From contig CM068742.1 in the NCBI GenBank assembly GCA_035084275.1, forward strand, positions 63,426,001 through 63,490,000: a stretch of DNA of 64,000 nucleotides, written 5' to 3'. The notes under the pieces were generated by a model. The model did no database searches. It had not been told where the DNA came from and saw nothing but the letters and a program-made list of their open reading frames with translations. The stretch is from Hydrolagus colliei. Lineage: Eukaryota. Made by a program: the position numbers and the translations under genes. Positions 22,990 to 37,390 of the stretch are shown here, in pieces. How positions within the stretch are numbered: the stretch's first letter is position 1; every line of letters starts with the position of its first letter.

Positions 22990-23350
22990 TGCAAAGTTTG
23001 TTTCTGGATAATTTTTCTCTACCACTTTCCTCCCTTTCCCTCATCTCCTGAAATAAATGCCTTTCTGCTCATTTATTCCAAGTATGCCTCCCACAAGTGG
23101 CAATTCCTCAAGTGTGACCTTGACAGTGAGTGTTGGCAGGTTATTCACCCGATATCCAGCAAGACTCTCTGGATCGCAATCAGGTACAAGAACCCTGGGT
23201 AATTTTCCCTTCTTAACCATTGCATCAATTGAATCCTCTAACTCACTGGGATCAGCTTACTCAGGTCAGACTAGAATTTGATTCTTGAAACTTTCTGGTC
23301 CGAATGACTTAGTTTACACCAAATGATACCTTCACTCCAAGATGAGCTAA
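22990..23350 (-). mobile_element. Old tRNA-derived SINE-like relic
   Basis: gatcagcttactcaggtcagactagaatttgattcttgaaactttctggtc...gagcta resembles a reversed degraded tRNA head plus body. Confidence 0.4.
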
Positions 23351-25519
23351 TAGAAGACTTTGTATGCCGTTATTTTAATACATATGTTGCCACTGACTGC
23401 CTGTCTGATGACTATACCTAATTATAAAAATCCTTGCACAATAAAGTGCCTGCCTTTTGGGTCAAGAAGATACCTGAATGAGCTTTGCAGGATTCACTGT
23501 GAAGTGTAATGATCAATTTGCACTCAATTATGTTCCTCAAACAGCCAATGTTTGAAGTGAATGTCAATTTTAAATGGGTGATTGTTGTTCAGGCCACTGG
23601 GAGAAACTCCCTACTCCACACAACAAAAATTTCACTTATATAGTGCCCTCCACGCAGTATAGCGTCTCAGAGCACTTAAACATTGGTCTGTGATTTGTTT
23701 CATATCAGGTCATATGTCTTCACAAAGCATCCCTAAAAAAAATCCCCAAGTAATACAAATAGATCTACCAGAAGTCTAGAGTAAGTACTGTATTTGCCAA
23801 TACATATATAATGTAAATCCTAGAATGTTTAAATTTTACTTTCTTGCTATGCCCAAAATACAGTCTATCAAGCACCATCAAAGAGAACATAATTTTTTTT
23901 AAGAACAAAAAGATCCTCTACATTTTGATTTAATTTACTTCTGACTAAGCATTAAATGTGGTCAGTGCTTGTTGCCCTTAGCTTTAGGTTAGTAATTTAA
24001 CATCTAAAACGTGCAGTTTCTCTAGACAAGAACTAACATTATCTTTCACTGCTGATTGGAACAGGGGGCAGGACATCAACCTACTGTTTTGTTGTCGTGC
24101 CACATGCATGAGTGAAAGCCAGGCCTTTTATTAACCCAGAACCCAGAGTATCTGTGCCTGTAAACAATCTAATTGTGGTTGAAGAGGTCCGTGCTATATG
24201 ATGAAGGACAGCGATGTGGTATGTAAATCATTTGCACATCTGCACTCCCACTGTGTTAACACAAAGGTAAGACGTATACATGAACCCACAATGAGGGCAA
24301 AAGTACTTGATGTTTGCAAAATACTTCAAGTCAAGTTATGCCAATAATGTAATGTGATCCCAAATTTTGTGAAACTTTGTTGAAAACAATTAAAAACAAT
24401 GTCAAAGCTTTGGTTCATTTCAGAAATTGAAGGCATTATGTAAATCAAAATGTTAAGCGCATGAAACAATGAGCAGGATGTTCTTGAAGCTATTTGGGCA
24501 GTTACCATCCAAAAAGTCATGCAATTTGACATCATCTGTAAAGTTTTTTTTCTGCATTTTCTACTGTAAAATTTCCACCAAGTACAGTATGACTTAAAAG
24601 TTAATAAATCAGGAAGAATGAGACAAATGTAACAGTGTCACAATGGAAATGATACACTTGACCACTGTTATCAAATTTGACCGTACCTTAGCAGCTGAAA
24701 ACAATCTTTGGGTGTATCTACTAAAATTACTATTGCTATACACCAGCTTTGGACAGGTCGTACTTTCCCCTCTTAAAGTGAAGCACTGTATGAAAAATAA
24801 CTCTTAAACACAAACAGATTTTGGATGTACTTTTCTCAAATTGCATATGTACTTCAACATACTGGCAACTGTACAATAAAAGTGTTTGTGTGTGTATGCA
24901 GTGTTCCCCCAAGGGCTTCTGGAGTTGGTAACTGGAGGGATTTGAGTGATGGCGTTTTTAATTTTTTTCATTGGTTTTATGTTTTGACTAATCTTTATAC
25001 AGACAATTTTATAGCTTTTTCAATTTAAGTTGGCAAGAGCTTTGAGAAGTTGGATTGTTTAAGATTTTGCATAATAGTTAAACTGTGAGAGGCAAAGGCC
25101 TAATGGACGGATTGAATCTTTGAGTTTCAAAGGGAGAAGCTCTACTGTTGGGCATTGGATAGAAGTATCTATTTCCTTAGTGTTCAGAATGCAGATATCT
25201 ATCTATTTATTTCCCAATGTGAATAAGAGCTGAATTTGTATCGTAGAAATCACCACACAGAACAAGATCCTATTAGTCTAGCAGGTCTATGCTTGTTATA
25301 GCTTTTCCACTGGAGCTTTACACATTTAACCCAATTACATCCTCCTTCCCATACACTTTGTTATCGGGCTTCTATTGAAATACTTCAAACAATTTCATAT
25401 GTTGTTATGGTCTTTCCTGCAGAAGCACTTGAGAAAAAGGAATTTATGTTCTAATAATCCTAGAATTTCCATGCATAGGTTGGCTGCATGGAAACCTCAA
25501 TTTAGTTTAAATACTTTTC

Positions 25520-26060
25520 GTAGAATTATAGAATTTTGCAGCACAAAAGGAGGCCATTCAGCCCATTGAGTCCATGCTGGCTCTTTGAAAAGAGCTATTC
25601 AAAGTCAATCCCACTGGCCGACTCTTCGGATAACCCCACAAGCCCGTCCTCCCCAATAATCATCCACTTCTCTCTTAAAAGTTGTTATCGAATCGACCTC
25701 CACCAGCCTTTCTGGCAATGCATTCCAGATTTGAACAACTCGCTGCATGAAAGAATTTCTCCTCACCCTCCCCTCTGCTTCGTTTAGAAGCTATTTCAAA
25801 TCTGTGACCTCGAGTCACTGAAACACCTACCAGTGGAAACAGTTTTTCCCTGTTTACCCTATTGAATCCCCTCATGAGTTTGAAAATCTCTATTAGGTCT
25901 CCTTGTAACCTTCTCTGCTCCATTGAGAATAATCCTAGCCTCTCTTGCCTTTGAAAGGTGCTCTATAAATGTAATTTGGTTGTTGTTGTTGTTATTTCCT
26001 CAGAACCAAAGTCCCTCATTCCTGGTACCATCCTGGTAAATCTCCTCTGCACCCTTTCCA
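25520..26060 (-). mobile_element. CR1 LINE 3' end
   Basis: EQRRLQGDLIEIFKLMRGF..REKLFPLVG..TRGHRFEI; tail gcacaaaaggaggccattcagccc. Confidence 0.92.
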
Positions 26061-26360
26061 ATAATAATCATAACAATAATCCTTGCATTTATATATATAC
26101 ACTTTACAGAATATACTGTAAAGTGAATTGACTGTTTATTTGTGGGTAAAATGTGGCAGCCAATTGCGCATAGCAGTGTCCCACAAACAGTTGTGGATTG
26201 AAATGACCAATTTTATTATTGTGTTTTTTCGGAGGGATTATTATTGGTTGTGTGGAGTAAGGAAATGTGCCCAAGGTTTTGCCCTGACCTGCCTGGATTC
26301 GAACACAGGTCTCACGCTTGTAAGGTGAGTGCTCTAACCACTGAGCTACAGGACTCCACA
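26060..26360 (-). mobile_element. tRNA-derived SINE
   Basis: Intact A box TAGCTCAGTGG and B box GTTCGAATCC on the minus strand; shared body. Confidence 0.92.
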
Positions 26361-27989
26361 TCTCTTAACATCCTTCCTAAAGTATCCATGGATCCATTTT
26401 TATCCATGGTGTTGGTTTCCTGCACAAATCAGACACCTGGCTGTTGAAAACAAATCCTGACTCTGTGCCCTTTGTTATCAATTGACCAAAATGACAATTT
26501 ATTCAGCAAATCTAAGAAGGGTGTATGTATACTGTTTAACTCTCCAATGCTCCAAAAAGGCTCAATGCTCAATTCTCTCTTGGATCTCAAATTTAGGATA
26601 AGGAACCGTGGTAACAAATCTAAATCCCAGCTCCTAATATCTCCAAAAAATACTACAAATAGAAAACAGTTGTAACCATTCAAGTTAACCTTAGTTTTTG
26701 TTAATTTTTTTAAAAAAAATTGCATTGTGATCATGAATACAGCACTTAATGTTTACCATTGTAAATGCTGTAACTGTGACACTGTCACAGAGGTCCACCT
26801 AAAATTGAACTGTAGAACAAGCTCTTGCTGCTGTTGTTCAAATCTCTCCGAGTTTCACATTAAGCTTGTTTACTTGGTTCATTGGCACAAAAATCCAATC
26901 TATACTAATGGGATCTCACAAGAGAACAACCAAAATATCTCACCTTCCCTGATGAAAATGGCCAAGAATTTCTCCAATGAAAGGAAAAACAAAATCAAGT
27001 TCAACTTCCACAGAAAGTGTTGGACTGTAAGTCACAATAATGTAGTATAAGGCTCCCTGAAGACTCACTAACTGTTAAGTTAATACCAGAGAGAGACACA
27101 CATTCACACCCAGGTCTATACTGGACTAGCTTGTTAATGAGGTACTTCCTTTACTTTCTGCCTAGAATTGTATCATGTATAGCTTTAGATTTATGAGATT
27201 GCAATGGATTGATAAAATGAGACAACCGGTCAATCATCACATATGATGGTTAGTCAGAGAAGATTACGTAATACCCATGATAATTCTATTTGCAGTCAGT
27301 AACCTGCCCATCAGTAACACATACACACACACACACCATCACCACCCTTTAAAAGCCATTTCACTGTGAGGAATGAGTTTTCATGAGCAAAAGTTGAAAT
27401 CAGACCCAGTGAAACATATAATATGGGAACATAGGAATGTGCAGAGCCAGAAAAGGCAACTGTGGTCCATCTGGTTGGTCCCAGAGTCAAGAAAACATAT
27501 AACTATAGTGAGCTGGGATTTGCTTCAAAGGTTCACAGAAACAGATTTCCTTTGTTAAACCAAAATATTGAGTCTCAAATGAGCAGAGAGCCGCTTGACA
27601 GGCAAGTAATACTGGCAAACCTCTAATACAATGCATATTCTTCACATTTCCCTCAGTAATACCCTCTCAGACATCCCTATTATAATGTTGGTTGTACAGG
27701 AATCCTGAAGATTGTAATATAAAATGGCAAGGCCCATTCCACATTTAATATACTCATGGAAATAAATATGTACTAAGAATAGCTATTTTATGTATAAACA
27801 GACCATTCATAGAGACATAAGCCACTGTCTTCGGAGCACAGCTTGCTGTGATGACTGTCAATAGAATAGTTTTAGTGGGACAGAAACATCAAAAAGCCCA
27901 AAGGAAGCTCTTAACCACATGATTTAAGCACTTTTATATATTAAAAAAAAGTTGAGATGGTGTCTATTATACAAGAACAGTTAATTAAT

Positions 27990-28150
27990 AAAGAAACTTG
28001 ATTCTGGCAGAGATACTTGAAAAGGAAAAAAATTGCAAGCATATGGGGAAAAAGCGGAGGAGTAGGACTGATTGGGCAGCTCTTCCAAAGAGCCACCACA
28101 GGCATGATTGGCCGAATGGCTTCCTTCTATAATATTCTAAGATTCTATCA
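27990..28150 (+). mobile_element. CR1 3' tail
   Basis: gctcttccaaagagccaccacaggcatgattggccgaatggc...attctaagattctat. Confidence 0.75.
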
Positions 28151-29519
28151 TGCCATAGTTATTCACAGCAAGCAGGTATTTTGGAGGGTGGAAGCATTTT
28201 CTCCTCTGCACCCAATTGGAAAAAGTCACTCACAGATTAGATAGAGCAATGACAGGCTTCATACACAGAGATTCCACATTGCATAGGCTTAGAGGAGTAC
28301 CTTCTTGCCGCACAAGCATTCTAATTAAATTCTCAAGGTTGATTATTTCACTACTAGTCCGCAGAGGCCAATTAGGAAACAATTTCTTAACAATTTACAG
28401 TACTGTATTCCGTGAAGGGCTTTGAGATATTATGCTATGTGAAAGGTCCTATAGAAATACAAAACTTTGTTAAAAAAAACATGGAATGAGATAATGTACC
28501 CCAGAGAAATCTGGTGCATTAAATTTAAGGCATTGATGAATTTACATTTATTTTTAGATTCTCCAATATCCCAGGGCATATGTATGTGGGTTCAGAGTTG
28601 CGAAAACCAATTTGAAAACAATTTTAACAGCTGCAAATAGGGTTATCGGTATGCGCAGATGGGGATGTACAGTATGAGGATTTTTAGGATCATGGCTCTT
28701 AAAACTTAAAACTGTTTGCAGTACTTCCCTAAACTGAATTCCATTAACCCCTCAGCACCCCATGAAGGAACAAATGTGGCCTGTTCAAGGGATAAATATC
28801 CATAAGGCTGTTGGGAAGATTCTGCTGGCTTTGGTACAAAAAACGACTCAGTTATTCAATATAAGTGACCAAGATGATGACATTTGGAACTTTGTTTCTA
28901 CTTTGTCTACGCACTAATGGGATAAACATTGGGCTGTGTTGTAATTGAACTCAGTGCTGGGTTTTCTGGTTCCTTGGAGAGCTGAGCCTTAAAATACCAA
29001 CAGCTTGTAATTTACACAGTACAATTCATAAGAAAGTTGTCTCAAAGGGCTTGAGAAATGTTGTGATGGATATTAAACAGAAAGATAGATGTTGATCAAA
29101 GAAAATTTTGCAGAGAAATATTTTAGCAGATTTTTAAAGGCAGGGCAAGCCATAGTAAGATGCAAGACAACTACTTGCATCTAATGTGGTTTGAAATGCA
29201 GCTTAGTTCTCTCCAGATAGAAAACAGCCACGTTTCTACCTTGGATTTGATCTGAAGCACAAACTTTCACCTACTGAGTGCAGCTGAAGGCTTGTTAATT
29301 ACTTGTCTAGCAAGTGTCCTGCAGACCAAAATGACACAACCTTTTGTATTTCTCTTTGTAAAGATTCAGAGAAAACTATCTTTTATATTAGCTTTATGTT
29401 CCATTTCATCCTTTTTTGTCTCCCCTGCATATTTGTTCTCATTCTCAGTACTCAGATGAAACTCAAAACTATGGTTTTGAGTTTCATATATAATGGTTGA
29501 GGTGAAGTTGTTGGCTGAG

Positions 29520-30410
29520 GTGAAGTTTAATGTGCATAAATGTAAAGTGATGCATTTTGGGAGGAAGAGTGAGGAGAGGCACCATGAATTACATGGTAGA
29601 ATCTTAAAGGGGGTGAAGGAACAGAGAGACCTGAGGGTCCCTATATGTAAATCCTTGAAGGTGGCAGGACAGGAAGATAAGGCTGTTAAAAAAAAAAGCA
29701 TTTGGGGTACTAGGCTTTATAAATAGGGGCATATAGTACACAAGTCAGGAAGTTATGATGAACCTGTATAAAACACTGGTTAGACCTCAGCTAGAGTATT
29801 GTGTCCAGTTCTGGGCACCACACTTTAGGAAGGATGTCAAGGAGTTGGAGAGGGTGCAAAAGAGATTTACCAAGATAGTACCAGAAATTAAGGACTTCAG
29901 TTATCAAGAAAGGATTGTAATGTTATTTAATCCACAAAACTTAATGTAGATTCACTCAGTCCTTTAATTTGAACATTAAACAAGTATAATTTTGTTGTTG
30001 TTATTGTTGTTTACAAGTCAACTTCTTTCAAATCAACCTCTTTCACATTCTCTTTCAAATCTACAAGTCACTCTTCCCAGAATCTTTTTATACTTGCCAC
30101 ATCCATATTCTATTGTCATTTACGTTGTTAAAGCAATATGCAACAAGGATAGTGAGGCTAGGGTTATTCTCCACGGAGCAGAAAAGATTAAGAGGAGACT
30201 TAATGAAAGTTTTCAAAATTATGAGGGGATTTGATAAGATGAATAAGGAGAATCTATTTCCAGTGGCGAGTGTGTTATTAACCTGAGGACACCAATTTAA
30301 AATAGTTGAAAGAAACAGGGGAGGTGAGGAGAAATGTTTTCATGCAACGAAGTCTGAAATGCATTGCCTGACATGGTGGTGGAAGCCAATTCTACAACAA
30401 ATTTTAAGAG
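29520..30410 (+). mobile_element. CR1 LINE fragment split by a ~235-bp insertion
   Basis: KFNVHKCKVMHFG, LYKTLVRPQLEYCVQFWAP; breaks at ~29915 and resumes aggctagggttattctc at ~30154. Confidence 0.88.
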
Positions 30411-30656
30411 AAATGTCAAATGATTTTACTCTGAGAGAAATGATAATGTCTGTAAGGCTTGGGTTTCATTTTTGTCCTTTTCTGTCCCTGAATCATCCTT
30501 TCAAGTAAAGCTTTCTCAGTTGGGACTGAAATATGATGTAGAGTTATAACACACATTTATAAGATTGAAGATGCACAACTATCAAAACGTAAAGAAAACG
30601 CTAATAAGAGGTATCTATTCACAGTTATCATATCTTCAACTAACAGCTGGTTTACA

Positions 30657-31320
30657 CGACAATACAATTTATACGTATATAGCACCTTTCACATTGGGAG
30701 GAGATCCCAAGGTGTATGCGGATTCTGGTTGGTACCAGATCTGAGGGTTTGACGAAGTGAAATCATGAGGGGATTCGACAGGGTGAATAAGGAAAAACTG
30801 TTTCCACTGGTGGGCGAAGCTGTGACTCATGGTCACAGATTTAAAATAGTTTCAAAACGAAGCAGAGGAGAGCTGAGGAGAAATGTTTTCACTCAGCGGG
30901 TTATTTGAATCTGGAAAGGTGGTGGAGGCTGATTCGATAACAGTTTTTAAAAAAGAATTAAATCTTTATTTCGGGAGAACAGGTCTGTTAGGTTATGGGG
31001 AGAGACCTGGGCAGTGAGATTGTTGCTCTTTCCAAAGAGCTGGCACAGACTAGATGGGCAGAATGGCCTCCTTTTGTGCTATAAAGTTCTATGATTTTAT
31101 GGCTGAAAGCAAAATCAAGCATATACTTTGAGATACACTTTGAAAGAGAGGTGGTAGGATGCATGTTGGAAGAATCTGGCAAATGAGGACAAGAGATCAG
31201 CCGTTAAGTGGCTGAAAATCTGCCCACTGATGGTGGAATGAATGGAGCAGGGGATGTAGAGTAGGCTGGTGCTAGTCATGTGAAGTAAACTGCCATATTG
31301 GTAAATGGGCAAAGGGTACA
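30657..31320 (-). mobile_element. Old L2 3' end interrupted by a CR1
   Basis: Tail tatatagcacctttcacattgggaggagatcccaaggtg at 30676-30715; L2-like sequence resumes after 31100 (gtggctgaaaatctgcccactgatggtgg). Confidence 0.6.
30762..31100 (+). mobile_element. CR1 3' end
   Basis: Closely similar to 36376-36732. Confidence 0.9.
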
Positions 31321-32169
31321 TGACCAAACAAAAATACAGTTTATGTGTACCGTTAATCAGTGCAAAAAAATGAATGATATTTTGTTACATCTGCTAAGGC
31401 TTGACTATCATATCACTTCTCCTATTATACACTTCACGGACCATCCACCATTAGAACTGTATCCATAAATACCATCTGACTTCAATAAACCACAGTCTCT
31501 TGTAGACAACTATTCTTTCTAATTTCCTAAGCAGATCTGAGGCATTATCAATGCTTTAACTGGAATATTGTCTGTTCTGCGGCTGCATTAGGAAACCTTA
31601 AAGCTACTGGCAGACTCCTTAGTCAGTGAGCCTTTTAAAGATGCACAGGCCCATCAACACTAGATTAAAGTACAAGGAAAAAGGCACAAAGGTCTTCAAT
31701 GTGGGAGATGAAATGCCTGCACCTAGACTTCGGTAATAATAGTTTATTTCATCTGTTCTTCACAAAGAATTCAACTCAGTTGATAACATCTAAAACACAA
31801 ATCTTTGGGTGAAAAAAACAGATTAAATAATTATCAAATGTCTTATTGAAACTTTGTGAAATGTAAGCTTTTTCTTACCTGTGTAACTATCATAAAATAA
31901 GTAGTCAATTAATACACATGGTCATGGAAAACACAATCATTGCAAGTAAATCAATATAACTAACTTCTCAAAACTGAAAGTATCAATGAAGCAATTCACC
32001 AATAGTGCAACAAAAACTTTCATTTGTATAAGATCCTTTGCATGGGATAGCATTTTGGAAAATTTAACGGTTGCAGAGGTTGACACTAAACCTAGTAGAG
32101 CAGGGCGGTGACTATAGGCACTGTAGAAAAAGATTTGTGAAGATCTTGAAATTAAGGAAATTGGAGCCA

Positions 32170-32960
32170 CAGGTGAGAAGCCAAGGAAGCCAAGGATTAT
32201 GAGATCCATTTTGTCAGCATTCAGCTGCTGAAAGTTTGCGCTCATTCAGGCCTCAATATCTTACAAGCAAGATGACAAAAGGTCTTTGGTTGGTTGACCT
32301 CGGGTTGCCAGTGGAAAAGTAGATTTAGATTTTGTACACGTGGAGTTCTATAGCTCAGTGGTTAGAGCACTCACCTTACAAGTGAGAGACCTGGGTTCAA
32401 TTCTAGACAGGGTAAAATCTTGGGCACATTTCCTTACTCCACACGTCTAATAATAATCCCTCAAAAACAAATAATAAATTGGTCATTTCAATACAGTGTG
32501 GGACACTGCTGTGCACAATTGGCTGATGTATTTCACCCACAAATATACAGTTAATTCACTTTATAGTATATTTTGTGAAGCGCTTTGCGATGTCGAGGAT
32601 AACAAGGAAGCCAAGGGAGCTCTGCTCCCAAAGAGAGAGGGTGTCAGTTGAGACTTTGATGAGTGCTGTCTTGGTGCTGTGGGAAAGGTGGAAAGCAGAC
32701 TGGAGGAGCTCGAGTAAAGAATGGAGGGAGAGTTGAGAGCAAAGTTGTTCGGCAACAACGTATTCCAGAACTTTAGAAATTAAGGGTAAGTTTGAAATAG
32801 GCCAGTAGTATGCAACGTTAGAAGGATCAAAGATGTTTTATTGAGTGAGTGGGAGGGTAATGACATTGACTGTGAGAGAGAGGACAGAGTTGACTGGTAA
32901 AGGAAGCAACCAAGCGGATGTTGTTTATCCTTGAGATGAAGAAGTCCAGGACCTCTTTGT
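32170..32960 (-). mobile_element. Old L2 fragments flanking a SINE
   Basis: MSANFQQLNADK at 32245; gctttgatgagtgctgtct..gctgtggg and aagggtaagtttgaaataggccagtagt (L2 RT N-terminal motifs, reversed). Confidence 0.6.
32340..32600 (+). mobile_element. tRNA-derived SINE (3' tail missing)
   Basis: gtggagttctatagctcagtggttagagcactcacc...ggttcaattct; shared body. Confidence 0.9.
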
Positions 32961-34287
32961 TCTTAGCATTTGAAGTGAGGAATGAATATGCTTAAGGGTG
33001 CATGTGGAGGACATGATGTGTAGTGGGGAACAGAAGTTTGGGATTATTTTTGGCCTCCAGGATAGCCAAAAGTATAGAATCGAACATTTTAAAAATAACA
33101 AGCACACAATGTAAATTTGTCAATCTAGCCGACAACTGGGGTGAAGGGCTAAAAGTATTTTGCTATAAAGTCTTGACAGTTTCCAGTGATGGGTCTCTGA
33201 TCTTTTCTACGTGGTCTACCATAACAGATGAATGAATACACTGTAGTTTATTTCATAAGCTAGCACTTAAAGGTGTTTTTCATTACCAGTTTCATAACAT
33301 ACTTTCATTGTTTTTACAACCTGATTAGAGTGGGGAGAAGCTTTTGAATTCCCAAATGTTCAGGTAAAATTTTAGTCATTGCCATCTTATGTTTTGAACC
33401 ATGTCTTGAGTTCCTTTGCTATGGTTTCCATGGCTTGAGACATGGCGTATTTCTAATTATATCCAAGGTATAACATAATTTATCTTAAAGCTATTTTTGA
33501 TCAGGAAATTAATATTTGGATCCACAATTAAATGATTAGATTGGTTCTAAAATAAATTTAAATCAATCTATAGAAGTCTTTAAGAAGATAAAGAGTGAAA
33601 GATTATTTGCATTGGTTGATAAATTGAACAAACAAACTTGGATCATTATAGTATTTATATAATGAAAAAAGGAATCAGTAATTGTCTGGGGTAATTTCCC
33701 CACCAAATCATCATTGCCTCAAGGTCAATAGTACCCAACGACTGCTTTTACAAGTATTTTTGGTAGATGTGGGTTAATATCATAATCCACTATTTTGACC
33801 TTTGAATTGATTAGATTTAAGCCAATGACAGTAGATCAGTGCAATAAAGACCACACATTGTGTAGTCATTCTAAAATTTAGGTGGTTTCTCTAGTACAGT
33901 ATTCTGGAAAACAAATTTTATTTTATTGCTGCTGCTTGGATTGCAGTGTCTATTCTAAATATTTTTCTAAGGGCATTTAAACTGGAAGATATGTTCTTCT
34001 GGTTACAATTCATTTGATTATGCTACATATAGAATGCCACTTTGTGCAATGGTCCATGTGCATAGACAAGGACACCAGAAAAATTATAAGGGATGATGTT
34101 TCCAGTAGGTTTTCATTGCAGAGATAACATCTGGGCAAGCCACAGAACGTAGACTGAGTTACACCATGTTAAAACCACAAGCTAATGTGTGATCTGACAA
34201 GACCTGCAATAGATGGAGAATGAAAAATATTCCAAGTGGTGAATTTGAATTATAAAGCAATAAATATTGATCATGATTAGAGGACCA

Positions 34288-34420
34288 CATTTACTAATGA
34301 TGGTTGGGGTGTATGTCCTTGAAAGAAGAGAGTGCAGTACCATTAGCATTGATGGAGAAGCTGCAGCACATCTGGACAGGGTTGGGACAGTGGCAAGAAA
34401 TGTTTACGCCTCTGCAGCCA
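34288..34420 (+). mobile_element. Possible ancient CR1-like RT fragment
   Basis: tttactaatgat (FTND, a possible decayed FADD) followed by LMEKLQHIWTGLGQWQEMFTP, resembling L..DL..I..W...WQ..F.P. Confidence 0.35.
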
Positions 34421-34569
34421 GGAGTGGAGCCCAGCTGTAGAACATTGCAAGGAATTGTTATAATTGTACAAAGACGAGTTGCAAGGTTCCATCATCTGTT
34501 GAATGTATCAATTCTAAGCATGAAATTGAGTCAGACTCAAAGATCTTTAATGATCTCTGAGTAAACAGC

Positions 34570-35432
34570 CAGTCTCCCAGTCCGTTGGTGTCATGTCAGC
34601 TTGTTTGACAAACATCAAGGCCCAGAAGAGCGCAAATTTCCTGCAGCTAAATATCAGCAAGACGGAAGCCATACCGTTTGGCACCTGTCAACGTCTTCTC
34701 TTCTGCAGGTCCAACATTCTCATCCTTCCCCTGCTCTCTCTCAGACTCACCAAACTTGTGTGCAACATAGGCATCAGGTTCAACCCCAGCTTTCTTTCTC
34801 TCTCACATCAGTTGCCTGACCAGGAACACTTTTTTCTACCTCTGCCATATTTGCCCAACCCCATCCGTAACTCACAATCAACACAGACAAAACCTTTATC
34901 CATACTTTCCCACTTACCAGCTGGACTATTCTAATGCCCTCCTCACTGATCACTCAGCTCCACCATACACAAAATCTAATTAATTAAAAACTCCAACACT
35001 CACGCAAACTCCATACTCCCATCACACTAGTCCTTGCCAGGCTCCACTGGCTCCCAATTACCAAATGGATCAATTTCAAGATGCTCTCACTCATTAAAAA
35101 ATCTCATTATGCCCTAGGCGCCTCCCTACCTTCAACCCGGTTAGCCCCCACTCCAACACCCACTGCCTCCTGTTTGTTGCTGGCCCCTCCACTCCAACAT
35201 CGGTGGCTTTGCCTTCAACCACTATGCCCTGAAATTCTGGAACTCTCATTCTCAATCCCTCCACCTTGCCCCTGCTTCCATGCTTTCAAATCTGCCTAAT
35301 GACTGTCATTTGTGATTGTGCAAACAATCACCTCCCGCTTCCCTCCCCCCTGGCTCAGGGTCAGACTGTCAAGTGCTCTGGGACGCTACCCAGTATGAAG
35401 GGTGCAAAATAAATGCAAGCTGTTGTTGTTGT
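34570..35432 (+). mobile_element. Old L2 LINE 3' portion
   Basis: ACLTNIKAQKSANFLQLNISKTEAI; ctccactggctccc; tail aaataaatgcaagctgttgttgttg. Confidence 0.85.
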
Positions 35433-35919
35433 GGTCAGTTTCACAGTCATTGTCTTTCCTGACATAGCGTATTGGTTACGACAAAAGGGAAGCATTGGAA
35501 CAAACATTTGCTGTTGGAGCAAGTGGGAGAAGGAGATGCAAATATAAAATAGAGAAAGGAAACGTTGAGTGTTCTGTGATTATTCCAAATGAAACCAGTC
35601 CTCCCAATTCATTTGGAAGGTACCTACTTCTTTGACTCTAAAATTAATATTATCTTACAGGTGTTGAGATGAGTGTTTCACACTGCATCTGTCTGTTTTG
35701 GTGTCACTCACAGCTTTCTTCTGAAATTCAGTGAATTATTGAATGCACGGAAGAGTTGGGTCTGAAATGTCATATCGGAATAGCAGATATGTTGCATCAA
35801 TTTCTATTTTCAATATGCAAATATCTGATTAAAAGATTTGTATTAAAATTCGCAGATGGTGAATCGTGAATCTCAAGCCAGCAAAATAATAATAATCCTT
35901 TCCAAGAAAAGATTGTCAA

Positions 35920-36732
35920 ACATTAATGCAGAGAAGTGTGAGGTGATGCATTTTGGGAGAAGAAATGAAGGGAGGCAATATAGGCTAGATAGTACAATTT
36001 TAAATGGTGTAAAGGGAACAGAGAGACCTAGGGATTTGTGTTAGTGACTCGTTGAAGGTGGCAGGACAGGTAGACAAGGCTGTTAAGAAGGCATATGGGA
36101 TACTAGGCTTTATAAATAGGGGTATAGAGTACAAAAGTCAGGAAGTGCTGACTAACCTCTATAGGACTTTGGTGAGGCCTTAGCTGGAATACTGTGTTCA
36201 ATTCTGGTCACCACACTACAGAAAGGATGTGAAGGCATTGGAAAGGGTACAACGAAGATTTACTAGGATGGTGCCAGGATTGAGGGACTTCAGCTATGAG
36301 GAGAGGCTAGATAGGCTAGGGTTATTCTCTCTGGAGCAGAGAAGATTGAGGGGAGACCTAATAGAGGTTTATAAGATCATGAGGGGTTTCGACAGGGCAA
36401 ATAGAGAAAAACTATTTCCACTCGTGGGTGAATCTGTGACTCGTGGTCACAGATTTAAAATAGTTTCAAGGCGAAGTAGAGGGGAGCTGAGGAGAAATTT
36501 TTTCACTCAGCGAGTTGTTCGAATCTGGAATGCATTGCCTGAAAAGGTGGTGGAGGCTGATTCGATAACAACTTTTAAAAGGGAATTAGATCTTTATTTA
36601 GGGAGAACGGGTCTATTAGGCTATGGGGAGCGGGCAGGGCAGTGGGATTGAATCGCTCTTTTCAAAGAGCCGGCACAGACTAGATGGGCCGAATGGCCTC
36701 CTTTTGTGCCGTAACATTCTATGATTCTATGA
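35920..36732 (+). mobile_element. CR1 LINE 3' end, relatively young
   Basis: NAEKCEVMHFG, open C-terminal 140 aa (LERVQRRFTRMVPGL...FFTQRVVRIWNALP), tail attctatgattctatgat. Confidence 0.95.
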
Positions 36733-36764
36733 TAAATACACACAGGGAGAGTTAACATGCAATG

Positions 36765-37390
36765 TAAATGTAGAAAAGTCTAGAACATGAGCTACTATGT
36801 CCGAAGGATGTCCCAAGTTGCTGGACTGTCAGTGTTTCAGACCCAAGCTGGGGTATGGGTCGGGAGGTTGGAGAGAAACGAGGGAAGGAGGGTTGACTGA
36901 TTGCATGGTCGAAGAGGAGGGTCTTGAGGCAGGACATGGAGGCTGGAAAGGGGGTGAGTTGGAAGGATTTCAGGATGGAATTCCAGAGGTTAGGGTGCCT
37001 GAAGGCTCGCCCACCGATGATGGTGTGGGTGGGTCAGTGGACATGTAGCAGGCCAGAGCCCACTGAGCGGAGGCAGCAGACAGTTTGATAGGGGGTTAGG
37101 AGGTCACAGAGGTAGGGTGGGGAAAGGCCATTGAGGACTTTAAAGATCAGGATCTTTAATTTAATTCTCTGAATGATTGGGAATGCAGAGTTCTGGATAG
37201 TCTGCAGACAATGGAGGGAGGACTTGCGAAGGCTGACAATCAGGACCTTGGCATAGTGAAGCCTGGATGTGATGAAGGCATCAATGAGAGTTTCAGTGGC
37301 CTGAGGGGTGAGGTATGGCGGAATCAGGCATTGTTGTGGAGGTGAGGGAAGGCTGAGGGGATCATGGTATGGATGTGGGGGAGGAAAGAC
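36765..37390 (-). mobile_element. L2 3' portion
   Basis: Homologous to 43435-44160 and 55495-56400. Confidence 0.85.

Noticed and set aside
24440-24545. Minus-strand FTDDVKL, resembling an RT YADD motif
   Set aside because: No flanking RT motifs could be read.
26285-26360. tRNA-like sequence with intact A and B boxes (also at 17056, 32340, 49200 and 57647)
   Set aside because: Each continues into the same SINE body and tail, so these are SINE heads, not tRNA genes.
28745-28795. ttaacccc...gttcaagggataa as a mini piggyBac remnant or the far end of the 1232 element
   Set aside because: The match is short and imperfect, the TTAA is not intact, and it is expected by chance in 64 kb.
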